NCBI GenBank assembly: GCA_029855935.1
Contig: JAGSHN010000012.1
Location: 1-64,000 of the forward strand
From: Candidatus Thorarchaeota archaeon
GTDB lineage: Archaea; Asgardarchaeota; Thorarchaeia; Thorarchaeales; Thorarchaeaceae
Reading direction: 5' to 3'
DNA: 64,000 bases
Shown: piece after piece, positions 9,894-19,785 of the stretch
How the letters are laid out: each line of letters opens with the position of its first letter
How positions within the stretch are numbered: position 1 is the first letter of the stretch
Program-made: the position numbers and the translations under genes
Notes under the pieces: generated by a model
What the model was told of the DNA's origin: nothing
What the model saw: only the letters and a program-made list of their open reading frames with translations
The model's database searches: none

Positions 9894-10759
9894 CGTCCCT
9901 GCCTCCGCGGGTCCGGAATCACTCCTGCCTCAATGAGATCGGTGATGATGTCTGACAGCTTCACAATCTCCTCAAGTGAGAGATGTCTGACCCTCTCAGC
10001 ACCTTGAATGGCCTCATGGCAGGCACTCAACACGTGCTCAGTCGCTCCACTGTCAAGCCCGATGTTCTTGAGCCAGAGTTTCATTGCCTTCTCTGTCCTC
10101 TTGTTCGGATGAATAAAGAGGCTCTTCACGGTGTAGTAGAACACATCCTCGTCTCTCGCAAATGGTCCCCGCTCTCGTGGGCGCAGTCTGACGACGAGCG
10201 AGTCAACGCTAGGCTTCGGATAGAACTTCTCGGCTGGGACATGCAGGACCTCCTCAACGTCAACAGCGTACCGTACGTCAATTGTTAGGCGTGAGTACTC
10301 ACGCGACCCCGGCGCGGCGAGAAGACGCCTGGCGAACTCTTCTTGGAACATCAATACAGCCGCCCTGAATGGCACCTCGCGGATGAGTCTGAAGGTGATC
10401 TTTGATGAGATATTGTAAGGAAGATTCGAGACAACCTTCTCTACCCGGGGCAGCGGAACACGTAGCGCATCTCCTCTGATTATATGTACGTTAGGAGTGC
10501 TGCCGAACCGTTCCGTCAAGGCGTGAGCCAGTCCTCTTGAGATCTCGATGACGAACACTCTCTTTGCAGCCTGTGCGAGCCAACGCGTCAGAATCCCAAG
10601 GCCGCCTCCAATCTCTAGGACTTTCTCCTCTGGAGAGATCTCTGCAGCATCCACAATCTGCCGCGCAATCATCACATCTGTCAGGAAGGTCTGTCCGGCT
10701 CGTCTGTCCGGACGTACCCCGTATCTCTCCAGTGCTTCTACGGTCTCAATCTCTGACAG
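9890..10759 (-). CDS. rsmA: 16S rRNA adenine dimethyltransferase KsgA/Dim1 (probable CTG start)
   Basis: GQTFL, VLEIGGGLG, SNLPYNISS, FYPKPSVDS; the conserved GQxFL motif lies upstream of the ORF-track start, so extended to CTG at 10759. Confidence 0.92.
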   Translation of the reverse strand: MSEIETVEALERYGVRPDRRAGQTFLTDVMIARQIVDAAEISPEEKVLEIGGGLGILTRWLAQAAKRVFVIEISRGLAHALTERFGSTPNVHIIRGDALRVPLPRVEKVVSNLPYNISSKITFRLIREVPFRAAVLMFQEEFARRLLAAPGSREYSRLTIDVRYAVDVEEVLHVPAEKFYPKPSVDSLVVRLRPRERGPFARDEDVFYYTVKSLFIHPNKRTEKAMKLWLKNIGLDSGATEHVLSACHEAIQGAERVRHLSLEEIVKLSDIITDLIEAGVIPDPRRQGR

Positions 10760-10765
10760 ACTCTA

Positions 10766-11368
10766 TCACCTGAAGTGCCCTCTCTCTCTGTCCTCCTCTT
10801 GTGGGGGCGGTCGGACGAATAGCCATCTCTTGACATCGCCCTGGAGCTCCTGAATGATACGGGCTGTGACGACCTTCTTCGGATTCTGAAGCTTCGTTCT
10901 TCTCGCTATGTCCTCGAAGCTCTTGAACGGTTCCTTCTTCCGTTCCTCAAGGATGGCCCACATCAATGTCTGTCCAATACCCGGTAAGAGTTGCAGTGAG
11001 TGTAGTCTTGTTGTGATTGGGGGTGCCTCGTTGAAGAACCGGATGAACTTGCTCTCATGCTTTGTCACTATGATCTCTACGACAAGTGGCAATTCTGCGG
11101 TGCTCTCAGGTGCGAGATCCTCGTACCTCAGTCGGCGGCTCACGCGCTCTATCTTGTTCCTCGTGTTACGTTCGAGACTGACCCTCTCCTGAGGGTGTAG
11201 CGTCGCCCCCCTCTTCGGGATGAGCTCAAGAAGTGTGAAATACGACTCGCCAATGGCCTGGGCAGTCGTTGTTCCTCGCGGCCTTCGGTCTCTCAGGTAC
11301 ATCTTTGGTGGAATGACCGCCAAGATATATGCGTGGCTCTCGTGCATCCTTCGCTGAGTTGTGACCAT
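10766..11368 (-). CDS. DUF655 family protein
   Basis: AQAIGE.YFTLLEL, FFNEAPPITTRLHSLQLLPGIG (HhH); conserved position between rpoF and rsmA. Confidence 0.92.
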   Translation of the reverse strand: MVTTQRRMHESHAYILAVIPPKMYLRDRRPRGTTTAQAIGESYFTLLELIPKRGATLHPQERVSLERNTRNKIERVSRRLRYEDLAPESTAELPLVVEIIVTKHESKFIRFFNEAPPITTRLHSLQLLPGIGQTLMWAILEERKKEPFKSFEDIARRTKLQNPKKVVTARIIQELQGDVKRWLFVRPPPQEEDRERGHFR

Positions 11369-11484
11369 CCTGATAGTCTCCGAGGTTCTTCAGGCCGCAT
11401 TATGACTCTCTTGGGCTATATCTGATAAAAACTAATCGGGATGTGCTGCATCATCTGCTTGCGAGGACTGGAGTAGTATTCACT

Positions 11485-11820
11485 CTACGATCTTGCCTTC
11501 TTGACGATCTCCACAATCTCCTCGAGCTGTTCTGACGTCAAAGTGATGTCTGGGTGGCTGACAATAGTTCTCAGTTCTTCAACAGTAGTCGGGGCGATAT
11601 TCACCACTTGAACGGCTATCACTCGTGGGAGGTCGAACTTCCTCATTAGTCGTTCGAGCAGTTTCATCGCCACAGCTGGTGCCATCTTTGAGAACGTAGT
11701 GGCATGTTCCAGAGTGATGGTCTGCTGAAAGGAAAGATCGCCCTCCTTGGCACGTTTGCTGAGAATCTTCTTGACCTGTGGGAGTGGTATCTCCTCTTGA
11801 CTGATGATCTCTTTGGGCAT
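11485..11820 (-). CDS. rpoF: RNA polymerase subunit Rpo4 (RpoF)
   Basis: LSFQQTITLEH..F, AVQVVNIAPTTVEELRTI; downstream of rpl21e. Confidence 0.9.
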   Translation of the reverse strand: MPKEIISQEEIPLPQVKKILSKRAKEGDLSFQQTITLEHATTFSKMAPAVAMKLLERLMRKFDLPRVIAVQVVNIAPTTVEELRTIVSHPDITLTSEQLEEIVEIVKKARS

Positions 11821-11831
11821 GGTCTTCCCCC

Positions 11832-12128
11832 TCAACCTCTACTCGGTCGCAGATGTTCTGGACGGATGACCAAGTTCCTGAGAGCCTTACCCAGCGTGAC
11901 CTCGACTATGAATGCCCGCCCCCTCTTTCCAATGACAATCCCTGTCCTGCCATGGTATCTCTTGTGAGGCATGCCCTTGTGAAAGCTGGGATCGATAATG
12001 ATATCCACGCGCTGACCTATCTCATACTCCCTGAGGACTGTGCTCAGCGGGCTGAGTCCGCGTCTCCTAGGTTTCTTCCTGAGGAGGCTTCGAGTCCTAG
12101 CTCGGTATCCATGGCTCTTTTTCACCAT
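11832..12128 (-). CDS. rpl21e: 50S ribosomal protein L21e
   Basis: SHGYRARTR, HKGMPHKRYHGRTG, RPEHL. Confidence 0.97.
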   Translation of the reverse strand: MVKKSHGYRARTRSLLRKKPRRRGLSPLSTVLREYEIGQRVDIIIDPSFHKGMPHKRYHGRTGIVIGKRGRAFIVEVTLGKALRNLVIRPEHLRPSRG

Positions 12129-12217
12129 TGGTGATCATCTTCCCTCAGGTTGTCTTGGACAGCCGCATGCTATGGCATGGTGTGGCTGAGTTCCAGTGTG
12201 ACCACTGAGGTGGCCAC

Positions 12218-13594
12218 TTAAGCATTATGGTCTGTTTCAACATCCATAATGCCCGTGACGTTCAGTTGTACGCACTTGGCTGGCGTTCCGAGGAGACTGG
12301 CAATCGACGGCTCCGTGCGGCCATTGTCACCTGATATAAGTTCCTTGATGTACGTACCTCCCTGGACTCGGAAGTGGCCCTCCACCAGTCCATCATCCCG
12401 CCTCTTCAGAGTCACTTCGTAGACCCGTTTCGGTCGTACTTTGTCGGCGCGTCTGTGGATCACCCGAGTAGGGGTCCTCTGCTGGACTACAGTTCCTCGG
12501 AGCTTTTCCTCAGCACTTCTAAGCTGCTCCTCATTCACGTCCCCCTCAACTTGGATAAGCGCCTGGTACTCCTTTACGTTTGTCGAGGACTCGCTCTGGA
12601 GAGTCTGGCTCAACTCTCTCGTCGCAAACTCCAGATCGAATATCTCGACCTTCCCCTTGGCTCTCTCATTGACCAAGTCCGCCAGCTTGTCGAGGTCAGG
12701 TCTGCGTATTCTCGGCTCGGAGATCTCGATGACGAACGGCCTGCCGTTGCCCAGCATGAGCACATCGATGTCCTCACGGCCAGCGGCATGGAACTTGTAC
12801 TGTCTGCCCTGCATGACCTCCAGTATTGGCTCGCCTATGTACTCGGCTATCGAGTCCGGGTATCTTCTCCCTGTCCAGTTGCACTTCTCGCATCCCTTTC
12901 CGCCACAGTTCTTGCAGTCCCATCGGCTCTGAGGAATTCCTCGCTGGAGCTTCCGATATCGCCCGTAGATGAATACAGGGCTAATCTGGAGGTCTATGCT
13001 GTCAGCGACCATGTCATAGATGACCACAATCTCAGGCCGCTCAAAGTCGACCTCCTTTTTCAGGACAGTCCGCAGCTGTTTTCCGAGTTCACGGTTGAAG
13101 TCAGACTTGAGTGTCTCGCCGTGGAGTAAGCTGTGTTTCGCACGGACCTCATCCTCCCGGTCGCTGAGGCGCGGGTCGGGTCTACATCCCGCAAGAAACG
13201 TGTCAAACTCGATCTCTCTAAGCAGTTCGGCTGCACGTTCGGCAATCCTCTCGATTCTGGAGAAGACGCTCTCTCCGTCAATCGTGCACAGTCTACAGGA
13301 GCCGTGTATCGTGTACTCAATCTCATATTTCTCTGCCAGTTTCTGTGCTGGCAAGAACATTCCATTGCCTGCGAGAACTGCAATCAGTTCTCTCCCCCTG
13401 TCACTGTCGCCTGACCTGATGTCGTGGTCAGCGGTCATCGACAGCACAAGCTTGAGCGATCCGCCTCTATCGGGGTTTGAAGTTGATGTACTGAGCCATC
13501 CGAACTGTCGGCCGAGGCATCTGTCGCAGATGGCCCCGTCTTGGAGAAGGCCCCTTGCCTGTGCCAGGATGTCTAGAGGAGGTGTACTGTTCAT
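12218..13594 (-). CDS. pus10: tRNA pseudouridine 54/55 synthase Pus10
   Basis: CDRCLGRQF, YGRYRKL.RGIPQ, AGREDIDV.MLG.GRPF, QRTPTRV.HRR, GTYIKELISGD.GRT.PS. Confidence 0.96.
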   Translation of the reverse strand: MNSTPPLDILAQARGLLQDGAICDRCLGRQFGWLSTSTSNPDRGGSLKLVLSMTADHDIRSGDSDRGRELIAVLAGNGMFLPAQKLAEKYEIEYTIHGSCRLCTIDGESVFSRIERIAERAAELLREIEFDTFLAGCRPDPRLSDREDEVRAKHSLLHGETLKSDFNRELGKQLRTVLKKEVDFERPEIVVIYDMVADSIDLQISPVFIYGRYRKLQRGIPQSRWDCKNCGGKGCEKCNWTGRRYPDSIAEYIGEPILEVMQGRQYKFHAAGREDIDVLMLGNGRPFVIEISEPRIRRPDLDKLADLVNERAKGKVEIFDLEFATRELSQTLQSESSTNVKEYQALIQVEGDVNEEQLRSAEEKLRGTVVQQRTPTRVIHRRADKVRPKRVYEVTLKRRDDGLVEGHFRVQGGTYIKELISGDNGRTEPSIASLLGTPAKCVQLNVTGIMDVETDHNA

Positions 13595-13642
13595 TCTCGG
13601 TGGTCCTCACGCAGACACATTTCTAGAGACCTAAAAAGGTGT

Positions 13643-14839
13643 TCAAAACAGCGCCAAGTTGATGTGGCAGAATGCCTTGAGAACAGCAGCCACTGCCCTG
13701 GGACTGCGTGCAAGATTGACCAAGACTCTTCCCTGACGATCCATATCCCCAACTCTATGCACAATCTCAACTAGCCCATGCTTCCTCGTTTCACTGATGA
13801 GGGTGTCGAGACCTCTATCCGTAAGTGATGCAATGGTTCTCTGAGCAAGACGCATGGCTCTGAGATCGAAGAGATACTCGGCTCTCCAGAGTTTCTCGTA
13901 TCGCTGCAGGAGTCTGGTGGAGCAATCTCCCCTTTCGACAGCCTGGGCGGCCACACGGCCAGCAATCCTAGCTGCCCCTCCTCCTACGATGACGCCTCCT
14001 CCGGTCGTCGCCTTGACGTGTCCTGCCGCATCACCCACGACGAGGAGGCCGGGGGCATATGTCCTTGGAATCGGGGTGCCAGTCACTACGACCCCGCCCA
14101 TTCTCTTCTCCACCCTTGCTCTGCTGAGGCGTTCTCTCATCACAGTGTGGTGATTGATGGCCGCATCAAGCCGCTGCCTTGCTCTGTCACGAGCAGCAAG
14201 GCCAACTCGGGCCCTGCCATCATCAAGCGGAATAATCCACGCGAAAAATCCTGGCGCAAACCTATTCGTATAGAACATCTCCACAAGGTCCTCATTGACC
14301 TCGACGCCACGCAGTTCGTATTGAAACGCGGGTAGCCTATGGCGTCTATCGACCGGGGGCAGCCCCGCCTGCCTGACGAGAACTCCTCTCACACCCTCGC
14401 CGTCAATCACAACTCTCGCATAGACATCATTCTGATTTCGCGTTCTCACTATGCGTCCGTCGCTCCTAGCGACAGTAGAGAGAACATGACTATCTGTCCT
14501 TATCGTCACCCCCTGCTGGCTGGCACGCACGGCCAACCACTGATCAAAGAGAGCGCGGTCGACTACGACAGCCTCTCTCTCCCCTCGGTGAATCACGATG
14601 TTGTGTCCAGAGGGGGAGTATATTCTTGCCCCCGTGACCTCATTCTGAATGACATCTAGGGGTGGTTTCAGTCCAAGCGACCTCAGCCCCGAGACACTCA
14701 GAAGACCTGCACAGTGATTGGGAACACCAATCTGCCTGTGTTCCTCAAGTACCAGTACCTCCTTCCCTCGTCGTGCAGCCTCCTCTGCGGCCAACAGGCC
14801 AGCAGGACCAGCGCCAATGACGACTATCTCAGTCTTCAA
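13643..14839 (-). CDS. Geranylgeranyl reductase family FAD oxidoreductase
   Basis: GAGPAG, PNHCAG, PGFFAWIIP, VGDAAG..K.TTGGG. Confidence 0.88.
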   Translation of the reverse strand: MKTEIVVIGAGPAGLLAAEEAARRGKEVLVLEEHRQIGVPNHCAGLLSVSGLRSLGLKPPLDVIQNEVTGARIYSPSGHNIVIHRGEREAVVVDRALFDQWLAVRASQQGVTIRTDSHVLSTVARSDGRIVRTRNQNDVYARVVIDGEGVRGVLVRQAGLPPVDRRHRLPAFQYELRGVEVNEDLVEMFYTNRFAPGFFAWIIPLDDGRARVGLAARDRARQRLDAAINHHTVMRERLSRARVEKRMGGVVVTGTPIPRTYAPGLLVVGDAAGHVKATTGGGVIVGGGAARIAGRVAAQAVERGDCSTRLLQRYEKLWRAEYLFDLRAMRLAQRTIASLTDRGLDTLISETRKHGLVEIVHRVGDMDRQGRVLVNLARSPRAVAAVLKAFCHINLALF

Positions 14840-14920
14840 TTAGCATCACACTCAACTCGAGGGTCATCCTTATTATCTGTGGCCTTCGCGAAAGGATGAA
14901 CTGTAGAGCGTGTGTACTAG

Positions 14921-15292
14921 ATGACGAACTCCCGCGTCTTCCGCTTCAAGCAGGTGATTGCAGTCCGGACTGACCTTCATATGAGCAAGGGCAAGTTGGC
15001 TGTTCAGGTGGCTCACGGCGCAGTCAGTGCAGCAGAGCGTGCACGTATCACACGAACGGATGTCTGGCGCGCTTGGCTTCGTGAGGGGCAACGGAAGATT
15101 GCGGTCCGCGTGAGCTCCGCCGAGGAACTCCTTGAGTTGCGTCGTCTTGCCGTAATTCATCGTCTTCCGCACGCGCTAATTCAGGACGCTGGCCTGACCG
15201 AGTTGCCACCCGGCACGCTGACAGTCATTGGGATTGGGCCGGCCCCGGAGGAAGAGGTAGACCGGGTCACTGGGGACCTGAAGCTCCTTTGA
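14921..15292 (+). CDS. pth2: Peptidyl-tRNA hydrolase Pth2
   Basis: [33 protein letters not shown]. Confidence 0.96.
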   Translation: MTNSRVFRFKQVIAVRTDLHMSKGKLAVQVAHGAVSAAERARITRTDVWRAWLREGQRKIAVRVSSAEELLELRRLAVIHRLPHALIQDAGLTELPPGTLTVIGIGPAPEEEVDRVTGDLKLL

Positions 15293-16653
15293 GTGTGATA
15301 CGAATGAGAGAGGCCCACCCTGTCGAGCGACAGTTCGGGATGGAACTCTACTCGACGGACTTTGATGGTGTGGGGGGCCGCCTCAAGAGGTATCCCACTG
15401 ACTTCATAGTTGAGGAGATCACGCCAGAGGGCCGAATCCTTACAGTCGAGCTGGGGGACAGTACTGACGACATCTCTCATCCTATTGCCGAGATTGCTGG
15501 CGAGAGGTCGCGATACGTCACCTTTACCGTCCAGAAGATCAACCTCTCGACACTGGATGTCGCCACAATACTCGCTGCTGAACTTCGGTTGCCGCGGCAG
15601 TTTGTTTCCTATGCTGGCCTGAAGGACAGAAGGGCAGTCACGGCCCAAGCGATGTCGGTCCCTGCACGTGTGACAGAGGCCCTTGCGTCCCTCCGACTCT
15701 CTCGAATCACAATCCGAGATCTGCACTTCACAGAGCGACCAGTTCAGACGGGCGACCTGTGGGGCAATAGATTCACAATCCGGTTGCGTGAGGCACAATC
15801 GACTTGCAATGATGCCCTCCCTCTGATACAGGAGATTGGTTCGAGGACACTGTTGAACTATTTCGGTGTTCAGCGCTTTGGAGTGACACGACCGTACACT
15901 CATCTTGTCGGTAAGGCCGTTCTCAAAGGGGATTTCGAGTCTGCCATTCGTCTGATGCTCACAACGGTCAGTGACTTCGAACCACCCAAGCTGACGGAGG
16001 CGCGACTTCGGCTCTCGGATGACCTTCATCCTGATGACTCTATCATCTCACAGTTCCCGGATGATCTCAGATATGAGAAGACCGTCCTCCGCGAGCTCCT
16101 CAAACACCCTGGTGAGTACGAGCGTGCGTTCCTGAAGATCCCACCCCGTGTCCAGACACTCTTCATTCACGCCTATCAGTCATACTTGTTCAATAGGCTC
16201 ATCAGCCATCGTGCACGAAGCGGTCTGTCACTTGACCGTCCTGTACCAGGAGACTTTCTGGTTAGACTAGATACAACCCACGCAGGCCGCGACTCATGGG
16301 TGTACGTCACCGAGCGGAATCTAGATGAGAGAACAGAGGCCGTGGCGCGGGGCGAGTATGGCGTTGCTGCACCGGTGCCGGGCTACGCGACCAAGTGCCC
16401 CTCTTCTCCCCAGACGGATACGCTCGTTCAGCTACTTCGAGATGAAGGCATCACTCTGAAGATGTTTCGCAGACCGGGTCGCGCGGCGTTGGACTCTCCT
16501 GGAGGACTTCACCTAATCGGTCTTCATCCTCTCGACCTTGAGGCCTGGTGCGAACAGGATGACATAGTCACCAGATTCAGGCTTCGAAAAGGATCCTATG
16601 CCACAGTGGTGATGAGAGAATTGATGAAGAACCATCCCCTCTTCAGAGTGTGA
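15289..16653 (+). CDS. truD: tRNA pseudouridine 13 synthase TruD
   Basis: [52 protein letters not shown]. Confidence 0.96.
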   Translation: MSVIRMREAHPVERQFGMELYSTDFDGVGGRLKRYPTDFIVEEITPEGRILTVELGDSTDDISHPIAEIAGERSRYVTFTVQKINLSTLDVATILAAELRLPRQFVSYAGLKDRRAVTAQAMSVPARVTEALASLRLSRITIRDLHFTERPVQTGDLWGNRFTIRLREAQSTCNDALPLIQEIGSRTLLNYFGVQRFGVTRPYTHLVGKAVLKGDFESAIRLMLTTVSDFEPPKLTEARLRLSDDLHPDDSIISQFPDDLRYEKTVLRELLKHPGEYERAFLKIPPRVQTLFIHAYQSYLFNRLISHRARSGLSLDRPVPGDFLVRLDTTHAGRDSWVYVTERNLDERTEAVARGEYGVAAPVPGYATKCPSSPQTDTLVQLLRDEGITLKMFRRPGRAALDSPGGLHLIGLHPLDLEAWCEQDDIVTRFRLRKGSYATVVMRELMKNHPLFRV

Positions 16654-16671
16654 GAGCAACAGAGGAGTGTT

Positions 16672-17247
16672 CTATAGCCGCCTTGTGAACTCGGATATCT
16701 TCTTGTCGAGAATGTCAGGTACCGGCTCTTCCTTCTTCTCACGTTCGTCCTGATACTCGAAGAGAACCTCCTCTCCTGTCACAGCACTGGCAATAGCTCG
16801 CAGCTCCTCCTTCGAATACAAAATCCGCCCTCTGTCAATCTCTCGTAGGATGACTATGCTCTCCCGAGTTCCGTCTGGGAGATATAGACTATTGATACCA
16901 ACTTCGATGGCTGGTGCTATCAGGGTTCTGATAATGCTACGAAGCTTTGCCGGCCCCTCAAGGATGAGGACCTCACCGTATTTCTCCTTGATCTCCTCCA
17001 TCAGTCTCTCATTGTCGGTGAAAATATGCGAGGTCTTCTTCTTGACCACGATGACTATCTTGCCCCGCAGCCTGATGGCACGAAGAACATATGCGTTTCT
17101 CAGAATAGGATACTCCTCGGCCTTGTCGAGGAGCCATCTTGAGAACTCTATATCGAATCTGTCTATCGCTCCCCTGTCGAGCTTGTCTTGGCAGCTAGGA
17201 CATAGTATATCCGACTCTAGATCGATGACGCACACAGGTAGTTTCAT
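16672..17247 (-). CDS. Archaeal NusA-like KH-type protein with N-terminal Cys cluster
   Basis: MKLPVC..D....ILCPSCQ.K N-terminus and LIAP....GIN..YLPDG C-terminal pattern. Confidence 0.7.
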   Translation of the reverse strand: MKLPVCVIDLESDILCPSCQDKLDRGAIDRFDIEFSRWLLDKAEEYPILRNAYVLRAIRLRGKIVIVVKKKTSHIFTDNERLMEEIKEKYGEVLILEGPAKLRSIIRTLIAPAIEVGINSLYLPDGTRESIVILREIDRGRILYSKEELRAIASAVTGEEVLFEYQDEREKKEEPVPDILDKKISEFTRRL

Positions 17248-17317
17248 TGGATGCCTTCGCCTCTACCGAGCACAAACAGTCGTCAAGGCTCCGGGCGAAG
17301 GGCATATGAAACTTCTG

Positions 17318-17629
17318 TTACCGCGCAAGGACTATGTCAATGGTGGAGACGTTCAGTTCGCTCCCTTTGTCGGTCTTGACCGTTGTTGTCCCGATAGTAA
17401 TCTCCTTGACCTTGACATCGGGCATGAATCGATGCCTAGTGATCTCTGCAACGTCGACAGCACGGCTGATGAGTCGCCCTCGCGCCTTGATGACGACTTC
17501 CTTCGCACCCTTGTCGAAGAGCGTCTTGCACGCGAGAACGTAGGACATCACATTCTTCGAGCCCACTAGGATTGTCGATTCACCCGACTCTTGGTTCTCT
17601 GACTCGTTCTCAGGTTTCTCCTCCGTCAC
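17318..17629 (-). CDS. albA: Chromatin/RNA-binding protein Alba
   Basis: [36 protein letters not shown]; probable GTG start at 17629. Confidence 0.95.
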   Translation of the reverse strand: MTEEKPENESENQESGESTILVGSKNVMSYVLACKTLFDKGAKEVVIKARGRLISRAVDVAEITRHRFMPDVKVKEITIGTTTVKTDKGSELNVSTIDIVLAR

Positions 17630-17811
17630 CCGAAGTCTCTCCGCCTGCTGCTCTATCACAGTGCGTAGCATCCTGTGGCTAATATTGGTTTCGTTTTCCA
17701 AATTACCCGTTTACAGGGTCTTCTCGGTCCTCAAGCACGATGTTTAGCAGGATGGCCGCGTCACAAACCTTTTCTTAGTTCTATTGCGGCGGTGTCCGAG
17801 AGTAGACACGG

Positions 17812-19080
17812 ATGGCCGAGATAACTTTCCTAGGATCCTGTCGCGAGATTGGCCGTTCTGGATTCCTTGTACAGAATGGCGGCGAGACCCTCCTGGTCGA
17901 TTACGGAGTCAAGTTTCAGGACCCGCCACTCTTTCCAGACAAGGTGCCAGTTGACGAGCTACAGGGAATAGCCGTCACACACGCTCATCTAGATCACTCG
18001 GGTGGTCTGCCTCGCATACTTCTTGAGGATCCGGACCTCTCTCTGTTCTGCACCCCGGCCACTCGTGACCTAACAGTCATCCTGCTCAGGGACATGTACA
18101 ATCTCTCACGGGGTAGATTGCCGTTTGACCGGACAGACATCACACGAGTCAGACGACAGTGTGTGTCCACAACGTATGAGGAAACAGTTCCTCTTGGGCA
18201 CAGTTTCGATATGACGTTGTTCAACGCCGGGCACATCCCGGGCAGTGCGATGGTCTCTGTGCGAGTCGATGGCAAGCGAGTCTTATTCACAGGCGACTTC
18301 AACGCACTCGAGTCTCAGCTGATGCCTGGAGCAAGGAACAACCTTCCGCGTCACGACATTGTGGTCACGGAGAGCACCTATGCCCGCAGGACCAATCCCC
18401 CACGCGAGGAGATTGAGGCCGATCTAATTGCGACAATCGAGGACACGATGAAACGTGGCGGAGTCGTGCTGATTCCTGCCTTTGCGGTCGGCCGCAGTCA
18501 GGAGATAATGTGCATTCTTGAGCGCTATGGGGTGACCAAGAAATATCCGGTGTACATTGATGGGATGGCACGAGATGTCAATACGATACTTATGCGACAT
18601 CCAGGCTATGTCATGTCACCACATCTCTTTGAGCGGGCTGTCAACAGGATACACGTAGTCGAGAGCCACAAGGATCGAGTACGTGCCGTCAAGAACGGGG
18701 GCGTGATAATCTCGCCCGCCGGCATGTTGAAGGGCGGTGCTGCACACACCTACTTCAAGATGGTCCACGACAATGAGCGCAACTCCATTGTTCTCGTGAG
18801 TTTTCAGATTTCCGGTACGCCGGGTGCGGAGCTTCTGGCACGACGTAAGGTGACTGTTGGGCGTCGGACGTTCGATGTTGATGCAGAGGTATACTATCAT
18901 CACTTGAGCAGCCACTCAGACTCTGAGGGACTCCTCAAGCATCTCCTCAGTATTCCCGGCGACCCGGTGTTCTATGTGGTTCATGGTGAATCCGAGTCCT
19001 GTGATGCTCTGGCTGAACAGCTACACGAGAGGGGTCGTCGGGCCATCGTACCTGAGACCAACGACACTTTCGACATCTAG
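17812..19080 (+). CDS. MBL-fold beta-CASP ribonuclease (aCPSF2-like, no KH domains)
   Basis: FLGS.REIGRS, HAHLDH, AGHIPGS, ESTYA, PAFAVGRSQE, SSHSD. Confidence 0.9.
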   Translation: MAEITFLGSCREIGRSGFLVQNGGETLLVDYGVKFQDPPLFPDKVPVDELQGIAVTHAHLDHSGGLPRILLEDPDLSLFCTPATRDLTVILLRDMYNLSRGRLPFDRTDITRVRRQCVSTTYEETVPLGHSFDMTLFNAGHIPGSAMVSVRVDGKRVLFTGDFNALESQLMPGARNNLPRHDIVVTESTYARRTNPPREEIEADLIATIEDTMKRGGVVLIPAFAVGRSQEIMCILERYGVTKKYPVYIDGMARDVNTILMRHPGYVMSPHLFERAVNRIHVVESHKDRVRAVKNGGVIISPAGMLKGGAAHTYFKMVHDNERNSIVLVSFQISGTPGAELLARRKVTVGRRTFDVDAEVYYHHLSSHSDSEGLLKHLLSIPGDPVFYVVHGESESCDALAEQLHERGRRAIVPETNDTFDI

Positions 19081-19085
19081 AACAT

Positions 19086-19295
19086 CTACTCTGCCATCGG
19101 GCGTGCCTCAACCACTTGGCACTTCACCCGCTGGATGACAGCCTCAGCCTCTTGGGGATCGAGTACGAGAGTGTACAGGTAACGCTTCGTCCTCAGCTTC
19201 AGCTTTACCTTATCGCCGCCTCTCTTGACGCGGCACTCAACGGCATCCTCGCTCATCTCAAGAAACCTATCAACATCGTAGATCTGCTTCGGCAT
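19086..19295 (-). CDS. rpl38e: 50S ribosomal protein L38e
   Basis: MPKQI.D...FLE....A..CRVKR....VKLKLRTKRYLYTL signature. Confidence 0.9.
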   Translation of the reverse strand: MPKQIYDVDRFLEMSEDAVECRVKRGGDKVKLKLRTKRYLYTLVLDPQEAEAVIQRVKCQVVEARPMAE

Positions 19296-19349
19296 TGGCT
19301 GAGCTCCTGTCGTATTGCTTTGTCGTCGTTCATCGGTTGTGAGTGATGG

Positions 19350-19455
19350 TGGTGGGCCGGGAGAGATACGTCCCGGGCGGGCAGACCCCGGACCGTTCGA
19401 ACTCTCGATATCCGCCGTGTGAAGGCGGCATCATAACCAACTAGATCACCGGCCC
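19350..19455 (-). tRNA. tRNA-Val(CAC) with 29-nt intron (19368-19396) at T-loop position 58/59; CCA encoded
   Basis: Acceptor GGGCCGG/CCGGCCC-ACCA, anticodon arm CCGCC-TTCACAC-GGCGG; T-arm GAGAG-TTCGA|AT-CTCTC restored by removing an insert that forms a bulge-helix-bulge. Confidence 0.93.
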
Positions 19456-19490
19456 CTGCCACTCATATTCCGGGCTCAGGCTTATGAGGA

Positions 19491-19649
19491 TTACTTCTTG
19501 CCGCGCCTCTTGGGTCTGAGGTCCTTATTCTTGCATCGCCTGCACTTCTTGGCACCGAGCGGGTTCGTCGCGCCGCAGTATCGGCACACGGACTTGTAGA
19601 GTAGGTAGTACTGTGCAAGTCTTCGTTTCTCAATGTCTGCGACAGGCAT
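19491..19649 (-). CDS. rpl40e: 50S ribosomal protein L40e (absent from ORF track, 52 aa)
   Basis: Manual translation [52 protein letters not shown]; upstream GAGGTCA Shine-Dalgarno-like site. Confidence 0.95.
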   Translation of the reverse strand: MPVADIEKRRLAQYYLLYKSVCRYCGATNPLGAKKCRRCKNKDLRPKRRGKK

Positions 19650-19785
19650 TCAAGTGACCTCTCTTGACTTGTAGGCGGACACTGGCGTATCCAGTCGAGC
19701 CCGCTCAGGACTCCCAGCCGGGTCTTGTTAAAAAACTATCGCTGCAGCGGGTCCCGGCTGGGAAACCTCTTCTCAAGAATAGTCC

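Noticed and set aside
9303-13594. pus10-rpl21e-rpoF-DUF655-rsmA-hemK cluster
   Set aside because: Well-known conserved archaeal gene order, not novel.
19253-19462. 69-aa ORF between rpl40e and rpl38e
   Set aside because: It overlaps the intron-containing tRNA-Val, which explains the sequence.
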